A stretch of 64,000 bases of DNA from an uncultured Actinomycetes bacterium. Its GTDB lineage: Bacteria; Actinomycetota; Actinomycetes; S36-B12; CAIYMF01. This document shows positions 11,154 through 22,293 of the stretch, one piece after another; the first letter of the stretch is position 1, and every line of letters begins with the position of its first letter. The DNA is taken from assembly GCA_963738455.1 (NCBI GenBank), contig CAVTWM010000002.1:2815-66814 (forward strand), given 5' to 3'. The translations under genes were made by a program, and so were the position numbers. The notes under the pieces were generated by a model, which saw only the letters and a list, made by a program, of their open reading frames with translations, did no database searches and was not told the origin of the DNA.

Positions 11154-11972
11154 GTGTCGACGTCCGAGAGTGTGTTGCTGACCCCGGCTGGGCGACGATG
11201 GGTCGAGCGCGCCACACGCCCCCTCGACGTGCTCGCTGTCGTGTTCCTCGTCGACATCGTGCTCTTGTGGAGCTTCCCCGATGCGCCGACCGGGGTGCAA
11301 CGGGTGCTCAACCTGGTCTCGTGGATCGTCTGGGCGTGCTTCGCGATCGACTACGTCGCTCGAATGCTGCTGTCGACCGACCGGCTGGGATACTTCCGAA
11401 CGCACAAGCTGGACCTGCTGATGGTCCTGCTGCCGATGCTGCGTCTGCTGCGCGTCTTCCTCGTGTTGCGACACGCCCTGGCGGAGGTGAGCACGGACAA
11501 GATCGCCGGCTCGATCGTCAGCATCGTGATCGTGGTCGTCGTCGGCAGCGCCTTCCTGATGTGGCGGGTCGAGGGGACCGCGGACGGAGCGACGATCACA
11601 TCGTTCCGCCGGGCCGTCTGGTGGGCGGTCGTGACGACGACGACGGTCGGCTACGGGGACTACACACCGGTGACTCCGATCGGGCGCGCGATCGCGATCG
11701 TGCTGATGATCCTCGGTATCGGCCTGATCGGAACCGTCAGCGCGACCGTCGCGGCGTGGTTCGTGACGAGGGAGAGCGGTGGCACGACCGACGCGGCGAG
11801 CGCGTCCAGCGCGGCCAGCGTGGCGCCCGAGCTCGAGACGCCAGTCGCGGCGGACGGCTCCCGCGCGGCGCTGATCGCACGCCTGGACAGGCTGGCAGCG
11901 ACCCAATCCGCTCAGGAGGCGGAGATCCGGTCCATCATCGAGGCACTGAACGCGCCCGGGAATGTCGCCTGA
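11154..11972 (+). CDS. Six-TM voltage-gated-type potassium channel protein
   Basis: S4-like LPMLRLLRVFLVLR and filter WWAVVTTTTVGYGD. Confidence 0.92.
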   Translation: MSTSESVLLTPAGRRWVERATRPLDVLAVVFLVDIVLLWSFPDAPTGVQRVLNLVSWIVWACFAIDYVARMLLSTDRLGYFRTHKLDLLMVLLPMLRLLRVFLVLRHALAEVSTDKIAGSIVSIVIVVVVGSAFLMWRVEGTADGATITSFRRAVWWAVVTTTTVGYGDYTPVTPIGRAIAIVLMILGIGLIGTVSATVAAWFVTRESGGTTDAASASSAASVAPELETPVAADGSRAALIARLDRLAATQSAQEAEIRSIIEALNAPGNVA

Positions 11973-12048
11973 AGCGTCCCCTGGGCTGGGTGGCTGTCGC
12001 CGGAAGTCGAGCTCGGCCGGGCCCATCGGCGTCGGCGGCGGCGCTCGC

Positions 12049-14475
12049 TCAGAGGTAGCCGCGGCGGCGCATGAGGGTGAGAGAGACGTAGCCGTAGATC
12101 GCGGGCACGAAGTATGTCGCGAGGCGGTAGACGATCGCGGTCGACATCGCGACGGCCTGGGGGATGCCGATCGCGACAAGTCCCGCGGTGATCGCCGCCT
12201 CCGCCACACCGATGTTGCCGGGGATCGGCATGAGCCCGGAGAACAGTGCGACGAGGGTGTTCACGAGGATCAGCGAGGCGAAGCTGGCCGAGTAGCCGAA
12301 CGCGTGCAGCGAGCAGCCGAGCACGAGCGCGGCGACGACGTTCCACATGACGCTGCCCAGCGCGAGGCGCGCGAGCTTGCGCGGCGAGCGCAGGACGTGC
12401 AGGGACTCGCGGCCCTCGGCGGTGCGTGCACGGACGACCGCGCGCACCTTCGGCACGAAGCGGATCACGAGCAGCAGCACCGCGAGCAGGACGAGGCAGA
12501 TGACGCCGACGGCGGCCCAGTCGATGTTCGCGAGCGCCGAACCGATGCCGGTGCTTTGCGTGGTCTTCGGCGTCAGGGTCACCAGCCCGGTGAACAGCGT
12601 GAGCACGACGATGAGCACCTGCACGACGAACCCCGAGAAGGAGTCGAGGAGGCTGATCGTGACCGCCGCCGTCGGGTTGGACCCGACCAGCTGCAGGAAG
12701 CGGATCGTGAGACCGATCTTGGCGGCCGACGCGGGGACGGCGAGGCCGATGAACGCCACGGACATCTCAAGACCGATGACGGGCACCAGAGGCAGCGGGT
12801 CGACGTTGGCGCCCTGCACCGCGAACGCCTGACCGACGTAGATCAGCACGGCCAGCAGCACAGCGGCACCGACCCACCACCATTCCGCGCCACGGAACTG
12901 GTCGAGCAGGGTGTCGAGCCCGATGTCGGCGACGGCACTGATCAGCACATAGGCGACGACCACGAGCACGGCGACCATGGCGATCGACGACAGGGTGACG
13001 CGGCGCAGCTTCTCCAGCGGTGGCGGCGCCGCACCGGTTCCCGCCGCGATGGCGGCGCGGAGGGCGCCGATCTTCCAGCCTGCGGCCTTGATCTCACGTC
13101 TGGTGTCGACGTCGAACGCCGCGGGCTGCAGGTAAGGCATGGTGGCCACGACCGCGTCGTCGCCCACCAGGTCGCGGGCGACGCGCACAGCGTCGTCGAT
13201 CCCGAACCGCAGCGCGGTGATCACGAGGAGGTGCGCGCGGTCGGCCGCCCGGTCCGTGTCGGACGTGCTGTGCGTCGCGGATGCCAGGTCGGTGAGTCGG
13301 ACGAGACCTGACGAGTCGACGGACAGCGAGCGCGACCGCAAGTCGCCGTGCGCGATCCCGGCGTCGTGCAGGCGCGACAGTGCGTCCCACGACGATCGGG
13401 CCTGAGCCTCTCCGTGGGAGTCCGCTCCGGCGTCGGTGAGCAGCACACCGTCGTCCCGGCGCACCAGCATCGCGTCGCGTCCCCAGGCGACGCCCGCGGC
13501 GAGCACCGGCTGCACGGGAACTCCCGCCCGCTCCGCCACCATCGTGAGGTAGGCCTCGTGCTCTGCCTGCTGCTGACGGCCGACCGACGACGCGACCGTC
13601 TGCCGGTACCAGAGCCGCTGCCAGATGCTCGCGAGCAGCGACGCCTCCCACGCGTCGCGCCCGTAGACCCGGACGAGCACCGGGCGGCCGTCGCCGTCGG
13701 TGCCCCGCACGACCACGGACATGTGGCCGGGTTCCTCGACGTAGTGCAGGTCGGAGAGCTCGACGTCGAGGTCGGCGAGCTGCGTGCTCAGCTGCTCCAG
13801 CGAGGCATGCCCACCGGGCGAGCCGGCCACGAGATGCACGAGGGCGGCGACCAGCACCCCGAGCACGAGACCAGCCACGAGACCAAGCACCGTGTCGATG
13901 GCAAGCATCAACGCACCGAGACCGCCGAGCAGAACGAGCCACGTGCCGGTGCGGCGGAGCGGGCGTGTGAGGTGTGGCGCCGTCACGGCCACGACCGCGA
14001 CCACGACGGTGAAGCGGACGGCGGGGTACACGGTCGTGCTGTCATGGGACACGAACGCCGCCCACACCCGGCTCCACGACGAGCCCTCGAGCACCGCGAC
14101 GAGCCCGCCCACGCCGAGGGCGAGGATGACGGCGCCGAGCTGCTCGACGAGCAGCACCCGGCGGTGCCGAGTGACGAGTGCGGCCACCAGCAGCACCAGG
14201 GCCCACAGCAGGGCCGCGGCGTACGTCGAGTCCCAGACCCAGGTGAGCAGACCGGGGAACGACGCGATCGCCGCGGCGACCTTGGAGTCCACGTCAGTCG
14301 GACCAGGTGCCGCCAGAGTGAGCAGGACCATGACCACCGCACCCGCCACGGCGACACCGACATCGGTGGGGCGGCGCTCGCGCGGCGCGTCAGCCGTCGA
14401 CGACCAGAACGCCAACTCACGACGCCAGAGCGCCCGTCGAGACGGCGGAGTCGAGTCCTGCGCGCCCTGCTCCAT
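12049..14475 (-). CDS. Integral membrane protein: N-terminal TMs, kinase-like domain, C-terminal LPG-synthase TM domain
   Basis: Intact 808-aa ORF; central LHDAGIAHGDL...VRLTDL; C-terminal MPIPGNIGVAEAA and AIVYRLATYFVP. Confidence 0.85.
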   Translation of the reverse strand: MEQGAQDSTPPSRRALWRRELAFWSSTADAPRERRPTDVGVAVAGAVVMVLLTLAAPGPTDVDSKVAAAIASFPGLLTWVWDSTYAAALLWALVLLVAALVTRHRRVLLVEQLGAVILALGVGGLVAVLEGSSWSRVWAAFVSHDSTTVYPAVRFTVVVAVVAVTAPHLTRPLRRTGTWLVLLGGLGALMLAIDTVLGLVAGLVLGVLVAALVHLVAGSPGGHASLEQLSTQLADLDVELSDLHYVEEPGHMSVVVRGTDGDGRPVLVRVYGRDAWEASLLASIWQRLWYRQTVASSVGRQQQAEHEAYLTMVAERAGVPVQPVLAAGVAWGRDAMLVRRDDGVLLTDAGADSHGEAQARSSWDALSRLHDAGIAHGDLRSRSLSVDSSGLVRLTDLASATHSTSDTDRAADRAHLLVITALRFGIDDAVRVARDLVGDDAVVATMPYLQPAAFDVDTRREIKAAGWKIGALRAAIAAGTGAAPPPLEKLRRVTLSSIAMVAVLVVVAYVLISAVADIGLDTLLDQFRGAEWWWVGAAVLLAVLIYVGQAFAVQGANVDPLPLVPVIGLEMSVAFIGLAVPASAAKIGLTIRFLQLVGSNPTAAVTISLLDSFSGFVVQVLIVVLTLFTGLVTLTPKTTQSTGIGSALANIDWAAVGVICLVLLAVLLLVIRFVPKVRAVVRARTAEGRESLHVLRSPRKLARLALGSVMWNVVAALVLGCSLHAFGYSASFASLILVNTLVALFSGLMPIPGNIGVAEAAITAGLVAIGIPQAVAMSTAIVYRLATYFVPAIYGYVSLTLMRRRGYL

Positions 14476-14676
14476 GACGTCCTTTGCTGCTGATGTGCGC
14501 CGACCATCGGCAGGCTACAGCGTGGTGCACGCGTGAATCGCTCGGCGCGCGAGCCGCCGCCCTCAGCGATCGGACCACCAGACTGTCGGGGTGACCGACA
14601 GGCGATGTCCGATCTCGCCCCGATCGACCAGCGACGTGGGGATGGGCGACGTCGCGGCCGTCGGGGGCTGTCGCGG

Positions 14677-15278
14677 GTGACGACATCCGAGACCCGGGTC
14701 GTGGTCGCGTACGGCGACCTGCCCGCGCACGCACTGCTGCGTGCCGAGGCCGCGCGATTCCACCAGGTGTCGCCAGCAGCACATCGTGCTGGCGCACGAG
14801 TGCCCCCGATGCGGCAGCGACGCGCACGGGCGGCCGTCGCTGCTGGCCACGGCGGCGGTCCGGCGCCCGGCGTACGTCAGTCTCGCCCGCGCCGGCGACC
14901 TGTCGGTGGTCGCGATCACCGACGCCGGCCCGGTCGGGGTCGACGTCGAGGCCGAGGGTGCGGCCGACTTCGCCGGCTTCGCGGACGTCGCCCTGCACCC
15001 GGGCGAGCGCGCCACGGCCCCGGCCGACCCGACCCGCACCTGGGTGCGCAAGGAGGCGCTGCTCAAGGCGTACGGGCTCGGACTCGCCGTCGACCCCGCG
15101 CGATGTCCGGCTCGACGACGACGGGCTCGCGACGTGGGACTCCCCCCACCCGCCGCCTGGTGCGGTGTGGCTGCGCGACCTCGCCGTGCCCGGCCACGTC
15201 GCGGCCGTCGCCGTCCTCCCGCTCGCCGGTCAGGACGTGACGGGCCTGTCGGTCACGGTGAGCCCGGCGACGACGTGA
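14677..15278 (+). CDS. 4'-phosphopantetheinyl transferase (Sfp-like), frameshifted; start approximate
   Basis: CPRCGSDAHGRP, VSLAR, VGVDVE and WVRKEALLKAYGLGL motifs. Confidence 0.88.
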
Positions 15279-16603
15279 TCAACGGGCACCAGGCATCGAC
15301 TCATCGAGCGCCGGCAGGTCGGGCAGCGGGCGCTGGCGCAGCCAGGCGTCGGAAGAGGTCGACGAGCGGCTCACCGGCGACCTCGGCGGCGAGCGACTCG
15401 AACATCGCGCTGGTGACCGAGCCGTAGCGGTGCCGCTCGACCCAGGTCCGCAGCAGCGAGAAGAACCCGTCGTCGCCGAGCGTGAGCCGCAGCGCGTGCA
15501 GCAGCAGCGCGCCGCGCTTGTAGACCCGGTCGTCGAACATCAGGTCCGGACCGGGGTCGCCGAGCAGCAGGTCCTGCGGCTCGGCGGCGAGCTTGCGCCA
15601 GTGGTCGCGCGCCTGCGCGTCCGCGGAGCGGCCCCCCGACTCCTCGGACCACAGCCACTCGCAGTAGCAGGCGAAGCCCTCGTGCAGCCAGATGTCGCGC
15701 CACGACGACAGCGTGACGGCGTTGCCGAACCACTGGTGCGACAGCTCGTGCGCGACGAGGCGCACGTTGTCCCAGTCGGAGGTCAGGAAGTTGGACCCGA
15801 AGGTCGACATCCCCTGTGCTTCCAGGGGGATGTCGAGCACGGTCGTCGGTGACCACCACGGTGTAGGCCGCGAACGGGTAGGGCCCGAACAGCCGGGCGT
15901 AGAAGTCCAGCATCTCGGGCTGACGGCCGAACGCGGAGTCGTAGCGGCGCGAGCAGCCGCTGCGGGAGCACCGCGCTCATGGGGACCGACGACCCGGCGA
16001 CGGGGTGCACCACGTAGCGGCCGATCTGCACGGTGGCGAGGTAGGTCGCCATCGGCTCGCGCTGCTCGTAGACCCACGTCGTGGTGCTGGCCGAGCGCCA
16101 CTGGCTCGTGCACACGCCGTTCGCGACGACGTGGTAGGCGTTCGGCGCCGTCAGCTCGATCCGGTAGGTCGCCTTGTCGTCCGGCCGGTCGTTGCACGGG
16201 AACCAGGACGGCGCCCCGTTGGTCTGACCCGCGACGAGCACACCGTCGGCGAGCTCCTCCCAGCCGCACACGTCGTCGCCGTCGGGCACGGGTCGCGGCT
16301 GCCCGTTGTAGGCCACCACGACCCGGAAGCGTCGCACCCGCCTCGATCGGCCGCCTGGGCCGTACGACGCAGGTGCTGCGGCTTCGCGACGAACCGCGCC
16401 GCGGCGCCGTCGACGGTGACCTTCGTGACGCGCAGCCCGGAGAGGTCGAGCCGCAGCTCGCGCAGGTCGCTCGCGGCCTCGGCGGAGAGCGCCGCCTTGC
16501 CGCGCAGGTGGTTGGAGTCGACGTTGTAGGACAGCGTCAGGTCGTAGTGCGCCACGGCGTACGTGCGGTCGCCCCGGTGCGGGAAGTACTCGTGCGCCTT
16601 CAC
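15279..16603 (-). CDS. M1 family metallopeptidase (Pls-associated, PldII-like), frameshifted
   Basis: WFPCNDRPDDKA, PMATYL, PLEAQG, zinc motif HELSHQWFGN...WLHEGFA and VYKRGA; GTGA overlap with the pls stop. Confidence 0.9.
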
Positions 16604-19600
16604 GCGTCACCCTCGGTGTCGATCTGCTGCCACGGGCCGATCGGGTTGCCGATCCACCGGGTCTTGTCGGGCACGAACTCCCCGCGCATCACGAGCGACA
16701 CCGGCCCGACGGTCGCGTGCCGACCCAGCGTCGCCGCGGGGAGGATCACGCTGTTGGGGCCGAGCGTCGAGCCGGTCCGCAGCGTGACGGTGTCCATGCT
16801 CAGGACCCGGTCGTGGAACAGGTGGGTCTGGATCACGCAGCCCTGGTTGACGGTGGCTCCTGCCTGCAGGTGGATGAGGTCGGCCTCGGGGAGCCAGTAC
16901 GTCTCGCACCACACCCCGCGCCCGATCCTCGCACCCAACGACCGCAGCCAGAGGTTCAGGACCGGCGTGCCGGTCGCGGGTCGGGCGAACCACGGCGCGG
17001 CCACCGACTCGACGAACGTGTCGGCCAGCTCGTTGCGCCACACGAACGAGCTCCACAGCGGGTGGTCGCCGACGCGCAGCCGCCCGACGAGGACCCACTT
17101 GGCGAGCGTCGTCACGACCGCCGCCACCGTCGCCGCCGCGATGACGACCAGCCCGCTCAGCAGCGCCGCCGCCCACCAGCCGCGTGCCGCCGCGAGGGCG
17201 ACCAGGGCGACGACGACACCGAGCCCGACCGCGACCCCGACCATGACCGGGACCAGCCGGCACAGCTCGACCAGCGCCCGCGCCACGACCAGGCGGGTGG
17301 GCGGGTCGTAGGTGCGGCTCCGGTCGACCTTCTGCTCGACCCGGCGCAGCTTGGTCGGCGGGCTGCCCAGCCAGGACGTGCCGGCCTTCGCCTTCGTCCG
17401 ACGCGGCGCGGCGGACAGCACGGCGACCAGCCCCCGCTTGGGGACCTTGCGGCCCGGCGCGGCCATCCCGGAGTTGCCGACGAACGCGTGCTTGCCGATC
17501 TCCACGTGCTCCACGCGCAGCCAGCCGCCGCCGAGCTCGTAGCTCCCGAGCAGGGTGTCGTCGGCGAGGAAGGCGCCCTCCCGCACGGCCGTCAGCTTGG
17601 GGATCAGCAGCACCGTCGAGGCCTCGACCCGCGGCCCGACGTCGGCGCCGAGCGCGCGCAGCCACGCCGGCGTCAGCGAGCTGGAGTAGAGCGGGAACAG
17701 CCAGGTGCGCGCCTCGTCGAGGACGCGCAGGGTCGCCCACGCCTGCCAGGCGCGCAGCCCGTGCACCGGGTGGGCGCCGGGCACCAGGCCGAGCCCGAGC
17801 AGCCGCACCGTGAGCCAGATCAGCAGGGCGAGCACGAGGACGCCGACGACCGTGGCGACCGGCAACCAGACCAGGCTGCGCACGGCGGCGGTCGGCACCG
17901 AGCCGGCGTCGGCGAGGTGCGGTGCCACGACGGCGAGGGCCACGAGGATGGCGATCCCGGGCAGCGCGGCGATCAGCGACGGCGATCGCGGCGTACCCCA
18001 GCACCCACACCGGCCGGTTGCGCGGCCGCTCGTCCCACGGTCCTCGCGCGGCCTTGCGCGGCCGGGCCGGCGCCCCCGCCCACAGCTCGCCAGCGGGCAC
18101 CTCGCCGAAGACCGCGGAGCCGGGCGCGATCTCCGCGCCGGCGCCGACGACGGCGCCTGGGCAGAGGGTGCTGCGCGCGCCGATGCGGGCGTCGGCACCG
18201 ATCTCGACAGCGCCGACACGCAGCAGGTCGCCGTCGAGCCAGTGCCCGGACAGGTCGACCTCGGGCTCGACCGAGCAGCCGTCGCCCAGGACGAGGTGCC
18301 CGGTGACGGGCGGCACCGAGTGCAGGTCGACGTGGCGGCCGACGTGCGCGCCGAGCAGCCGCGCGTAGAGCCGCATCAGCGGCGCGCCGGCGAGGTTGGC
18401 GGCGCCGAGCTCGTCGGCGAGCCGCTCGGCGAGCCACACCCGCAGGTGCACGCCGCCGCCGCGCGGGTACGTGCCCGGCGCCCACGCCGGCGAGGATCGC
18501 GCGCGCGCCCGCGGCGGTGAGCAGCATGCGTCCGGGAGCGGACACCAGCAGCAGCCACGCCACGGCCACGACGCGGCCCAGGGCGCGGTCGGCAGCCAGC
18601 CGACCCCGAACCACTGGGCGGCCGCCGTGGTGCCGAGCGCGACCCAGGTCAGCCACCGCAGCCCGGTGATCGTGCGCAGCGGCACGGTCAGCAGCACCTG
18701 GGCGGCCTGCGAGCGACGCGACACCGGACGGACGGTGCGGTCGATGTACGCCGCGGGGGTCGCGAGCTCGTCGAGCGCCACGGCGAGGTCGCCGATCCGC
18801 GGGTGGTCGTAGACGTCGGCGACGGTGACCTCGGGGTACGTCGCGCGCAGCCGCGACACCAGCTGCGCCGCCGCGAGGCTGCCACCGCCGAGGTCGAAGA
18901 AGTCGTCCTCGGCACCGGTGACCGTGGCCCCGAGGATCTCGGCCCAGATGTCCTGCAGCACCCCGGCCGTCCCCTCGAGCCGCGTCGGCTCGCCGGTCTC
19001 GACGGTGACGAGCGGCCAGGGCAGGGCGTCCCGGTCGATCTTGCCCGAGGTGCGGGTCGGGAGCGTGTCGACCTGCGCGAGCCGCGGGACGAGCGCCGCC
19101 GGCATCGTGGCCCGCAAGGTCGCGAGCGAGGCCGCGGCGTCGAACTCGTCGGTGGTGGCGACGTACCCGACGAGCAGCGCGTTGCCCGAGCTGGTGCGCC
19201 GCACGGCGGCCGCGGCGCCCGTCACGCCGGGCAGCGCGAGCAGCGCGCTGTCGATCTCGCCGAGCTCGATGCGCCGGCCGCCGACCTTGACCTGGTCGTC
19301 GGCGCGGCCGAGGAACAGCAGCCCCTCCTCCTCGTAGCGGACGAGGTCGCCGCTGCGATAGGCGCGCTCCCACCCGAGCGTGGGCATCGGCGCGTACTTC
19401 TCCGCGTCCTTCGCGGGGTCGAGGTAGCGGGCCAGCCCGACGCCGCCGATGATCAGCTCGCCGGTGCCGCCCGGCTCGACCTGGGTGCCGGACTCGTCGA
19501 CCACGGCGAGGTCCCAGCCGTCGAGCGGCAGCCCGATGCGCACCGGCGGCTCGCCGGTCAGCCGAGCGCCGCACGCGACGACGGTGGCCTCGGTCGGGCC

Positions 19601-20458
19601 GTAGGTGTTCCAGACCTCCCGGTCGTCCTCGACCAGCCGGGCCGCCAGCTCGGGCGGGCAGGCCTCCCCGCCGAGGATGAGCAGCCGGACCGCGGCGAGC
19701 GCGTCGGCGGGCCAGAGCGCCACCAGCGTCGGCACGGTCGAGACCACCGTGACGTCGTTGGCGACCAGCCACGGCCCGAGCTCCATGCCGCTGCGGACCA
19801 GCGAGCGCGGCGCCGGCACCAGGCAGGCGCCGTACCGCCACGCCAGCCACATCTCCTCGCACGACGCGTCGAACGCCACCGACAGCCCGGCCATCACCCG
19901 GTCACCGGGCCCGAGCGGCTCCTCCTGCAGGAACAGCCGTGACTCGGCGTCGACGAACGCCGCGGCGCTGCGGTGCGACACCGCCACGCCCTTCGGCGCA
20001 CCGGTGGAGCCGGACGTGAAGATCACCCAGGCGTCGTCGGTCGTGGCCGGGGCGGTGTCGTCGGCGAGCGCCGGCTTCGTGCGGCGGACGGTCAGCTCGA
20101 GGTCGTCGGTCAGCACGGCGGCGACGCCGGCCTCGCCGAACACCGTGCGCGCCCGCTCGTCCGGGTCGTCGGCGTCGACCGGCACGTACGCCGCACCGGC
20201 CAGCAGCGTGCCGGCGATCGCGACGTACAGGTCGGTCGTGCCCGAGCGGATCCGGACCCCGACCCTGTCGCCCGGCCCGACACCCGCGGCGTGCAGCTCC
20301 TCGGCGACCTCCTCGGCCGCGTCGACGAACTCCTCGTACGTCAGCACCTGCGCCCCGTTGTCGATCGCCGGCTCGTCCGGGTGGTCCGACGCCGTGCGGC
20401 GCAGCACGTCCACGAGGGTCCGCGGCGGGGCCGCCAGCGGACCGCGCAGCAGAGTCAT
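16600..20458 (-). CDS. pls: Pls/PosA family membrane-bound single-module NRPS (epsilon-poly-L-lysine synthetase-like), frameshifted
   Basis: A domain (IFTSGSTGAPKG, GLSVAFDASCEEMW, NTYGPTE, YRSGD, QVKVGGRRIELGEI), carrier domain FFDLGGGSL, then TM segments alternating with three hexapeptide-like repeat blocks (LLGAHVG, ALGADVG, SLGARIG) ending in WIGNP. Confidence 0.93.
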
Positions 20459-20534
20459 GCCGCCAGTCTCCCGGTCCGCGTGCCTGTCGCACGACCAGGT
20501 GACGCGATCGCGCGACAGCAATCCATCAGAGCGG

Positions 20535-21926
20535 TTACCTGCCGGCGGGGTGCGGCGGCAGGGTCACGCGCAGCACGGTGTCGCCGGGGACGCTCTGGAT
20601 CTCGATGGTTCCACCGTGTCGATCGACGACGATGCGGCGCGCGATGTCGAGCCCGAGGCCGGTTCCGCGGCCGACCTCCTTCGTCGTGTAGAACGCCTCG
20701 AACGCACGGCCGGCGACATCCGTGGACATGCCGACACCGCTGTCGCCGATCTCGACGACCACACCGCCGATGCTCGTCGCTCGCGTGCTGATGCGGAGCA
20801 CTCCGACGCCATCCATGGCGTCGAGGGCGTTGTCGATCAGGTTGGTCCACACCTGGTTGAGCTCACCGGCGTACGCCTCGATGTGGCGGAGGTCGGGCGC
20901 GTAGTCGCGCTCCACCGTGATGCCGTCGCGCAGCTTCCGCGCCAGCACGACGAGCGTGCTCTCGATGCCGTCGCAGACATCGATGCTCTGCACCTCCGCA
21001 CGGTCCATCTGTGTGTACGTCTTGATGGACCCGACGAGCTCGGAGACCCGTCGCGTCGACTCCTTCGCCTCGGCGAGCAGCGACGACACCGCGGTGAGGC
21101 TCACGACCCAGTCGAGGGCGGCGGCCAGGGCGCTCGCGGGCACGGTGACGGCGAGCCGGTCGAGCCAGGGCGTGTCGACGTCGCGAACGGCCAGCGCGGG
21201 CGCGAGGATCCAGCTGCGGTCGACCTGATGACGGGTGAGCCAGAGGGCCAGGCGGTCCTCCCGGTCGGCGAGCGCGAGCGGGTCGAGCGGCGCGGAGTCG
21301 CGGTCGATCTCGGCGCGCAGGTCGTCGAGCGCGACGAGCGCGTCGGCCGCGATGGACTCGTGGACCAGGCGGTGCAACGACGCGACGAGCGTGCCGATCT
21401 CGTCGTCCAGCGATCCCAGTGCCCGTGACGCCGCCGCGGCGGGGTTGTTGAGCTCGTGGGCGAGGCCGGCGGACAGCGTGCCCAGGGTGACGAGAGCGTC
21501 GCGGTGGCGCGCACCGGCCTCGATCCGGCGCATCGTGCGCCACAGGCCCTGGACCAGGTGGTCCTCCAGCGGGATCGCGGTCAGGACCTCCGCCAACGCG
21601 GGCGAGTCGATCCGCAGCACACGACCGTCCCCCGCCGAGAGCCCCGAGGCGAGATAGACACCGGCGTCGTCCCACGCCCTGAACCCCCCGGCCCAGCGCC
21701 CCGGCGCGTCGAGCGCGCCCAGGACGAGCCGTTCGACACCGATCTGGCGACACAGCTCGATGGTCCCGTCGACCAGCACCCACCAGAAGTCCGCCGGCTG
21801 ACCTTCGGTCCACAACGCGTCCCCGCGCTGGTGATCCACGACGGTGCACCGATGCCAGAGCAGGTCGACATGGTCATCCGCCAGCCCCGTGAACGGCGGC
21901 ACCCGGCGGAACTCCTCGACATCCAT
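20535..21926 (-). CDS. Cyclic-nucleotide-binding-domain sensor histidine kinase
   Basis: N-terminal cNMP-like domain, H-box LAHELNNP, N-box LNQVWTNLIDNA, FYTTK and GTGLGL. Confidence 0.92.
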   Translation of the reverse strand: MDVEEFRRVPPFTGLADDHVDLLWHRCTVVDHQRGDALWTEGQPADFWWVLVDGTIELCRQIGVERLVLGALDAPGRWAGGFRAWDDAGVYLASGLSAGDGRVLRIDSPALAEVLTAIPLEDHLVQGLWRTMRRIEAGARHRDALVTLGTLSAGLAHELNNPAAAASRALGSLDDEIGTLVASLHRLVHESIAADALVALDDLRAEIDRDSAPLDPLALADREDRLALWLTRHQVDRSWILAPALAVRDVDTPWLDRLAVTVPASALAAALDWVVSLTAVSSLLAEAKESTRRVSELVGSIKTYTQMDRAEVQSIDVCDGIESTLVVLARKLRDGITVERDYAPDLRHIEAYAGELNQVWTNLIDNALDAMDGVGVLRISTRATSIGGVVVEIGDSGVGMSTDVAGRAFEAFYTTKEVGRGTGLGLDIARRIVVDRHGGTIEIQSVPGDTVLRVTLPPHPAGR

Positions 21927-22293
21927 CAGGTTCGCCGCCGGATCACCGAGGGCCCCCGGTGAGCGCCGACGACCTGGTGACCGCCCGGCGCTGGAACGCG
22001 GTCAGGTCTGCCATCGGACCTCCTGCTCGGATTCCCGGTCAGTGTCCTCGGGGGCCAGCCGCCGAGCAAGGAGCCCCGCGGCGGCGCACATTGCCCGACC
22101 GGCATGTCTGCTCAGTCAGTGACCGACCTGCTGCCTCGAGCGACCAGCCGAGTCCATGTCATCACCTCGATCAGCACACCTGACGATGCCCGTTCGTCAC
22201 ATCCCTTCCTACCGTTCGAGCGAGCCACCGCACCGCCGAACGTGCGCCACGCCGGCTGAGATCCAGCCGGCGAGCACCAGCAAGGGGAACCAC

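Noticed and set aside
11989-11998. GGTGGCTGTC resembling part of an L5-type stoperator
   Set aside because: Single partial match 50 kb from the repressor gene; plausible by chance in GC-rich DNA.
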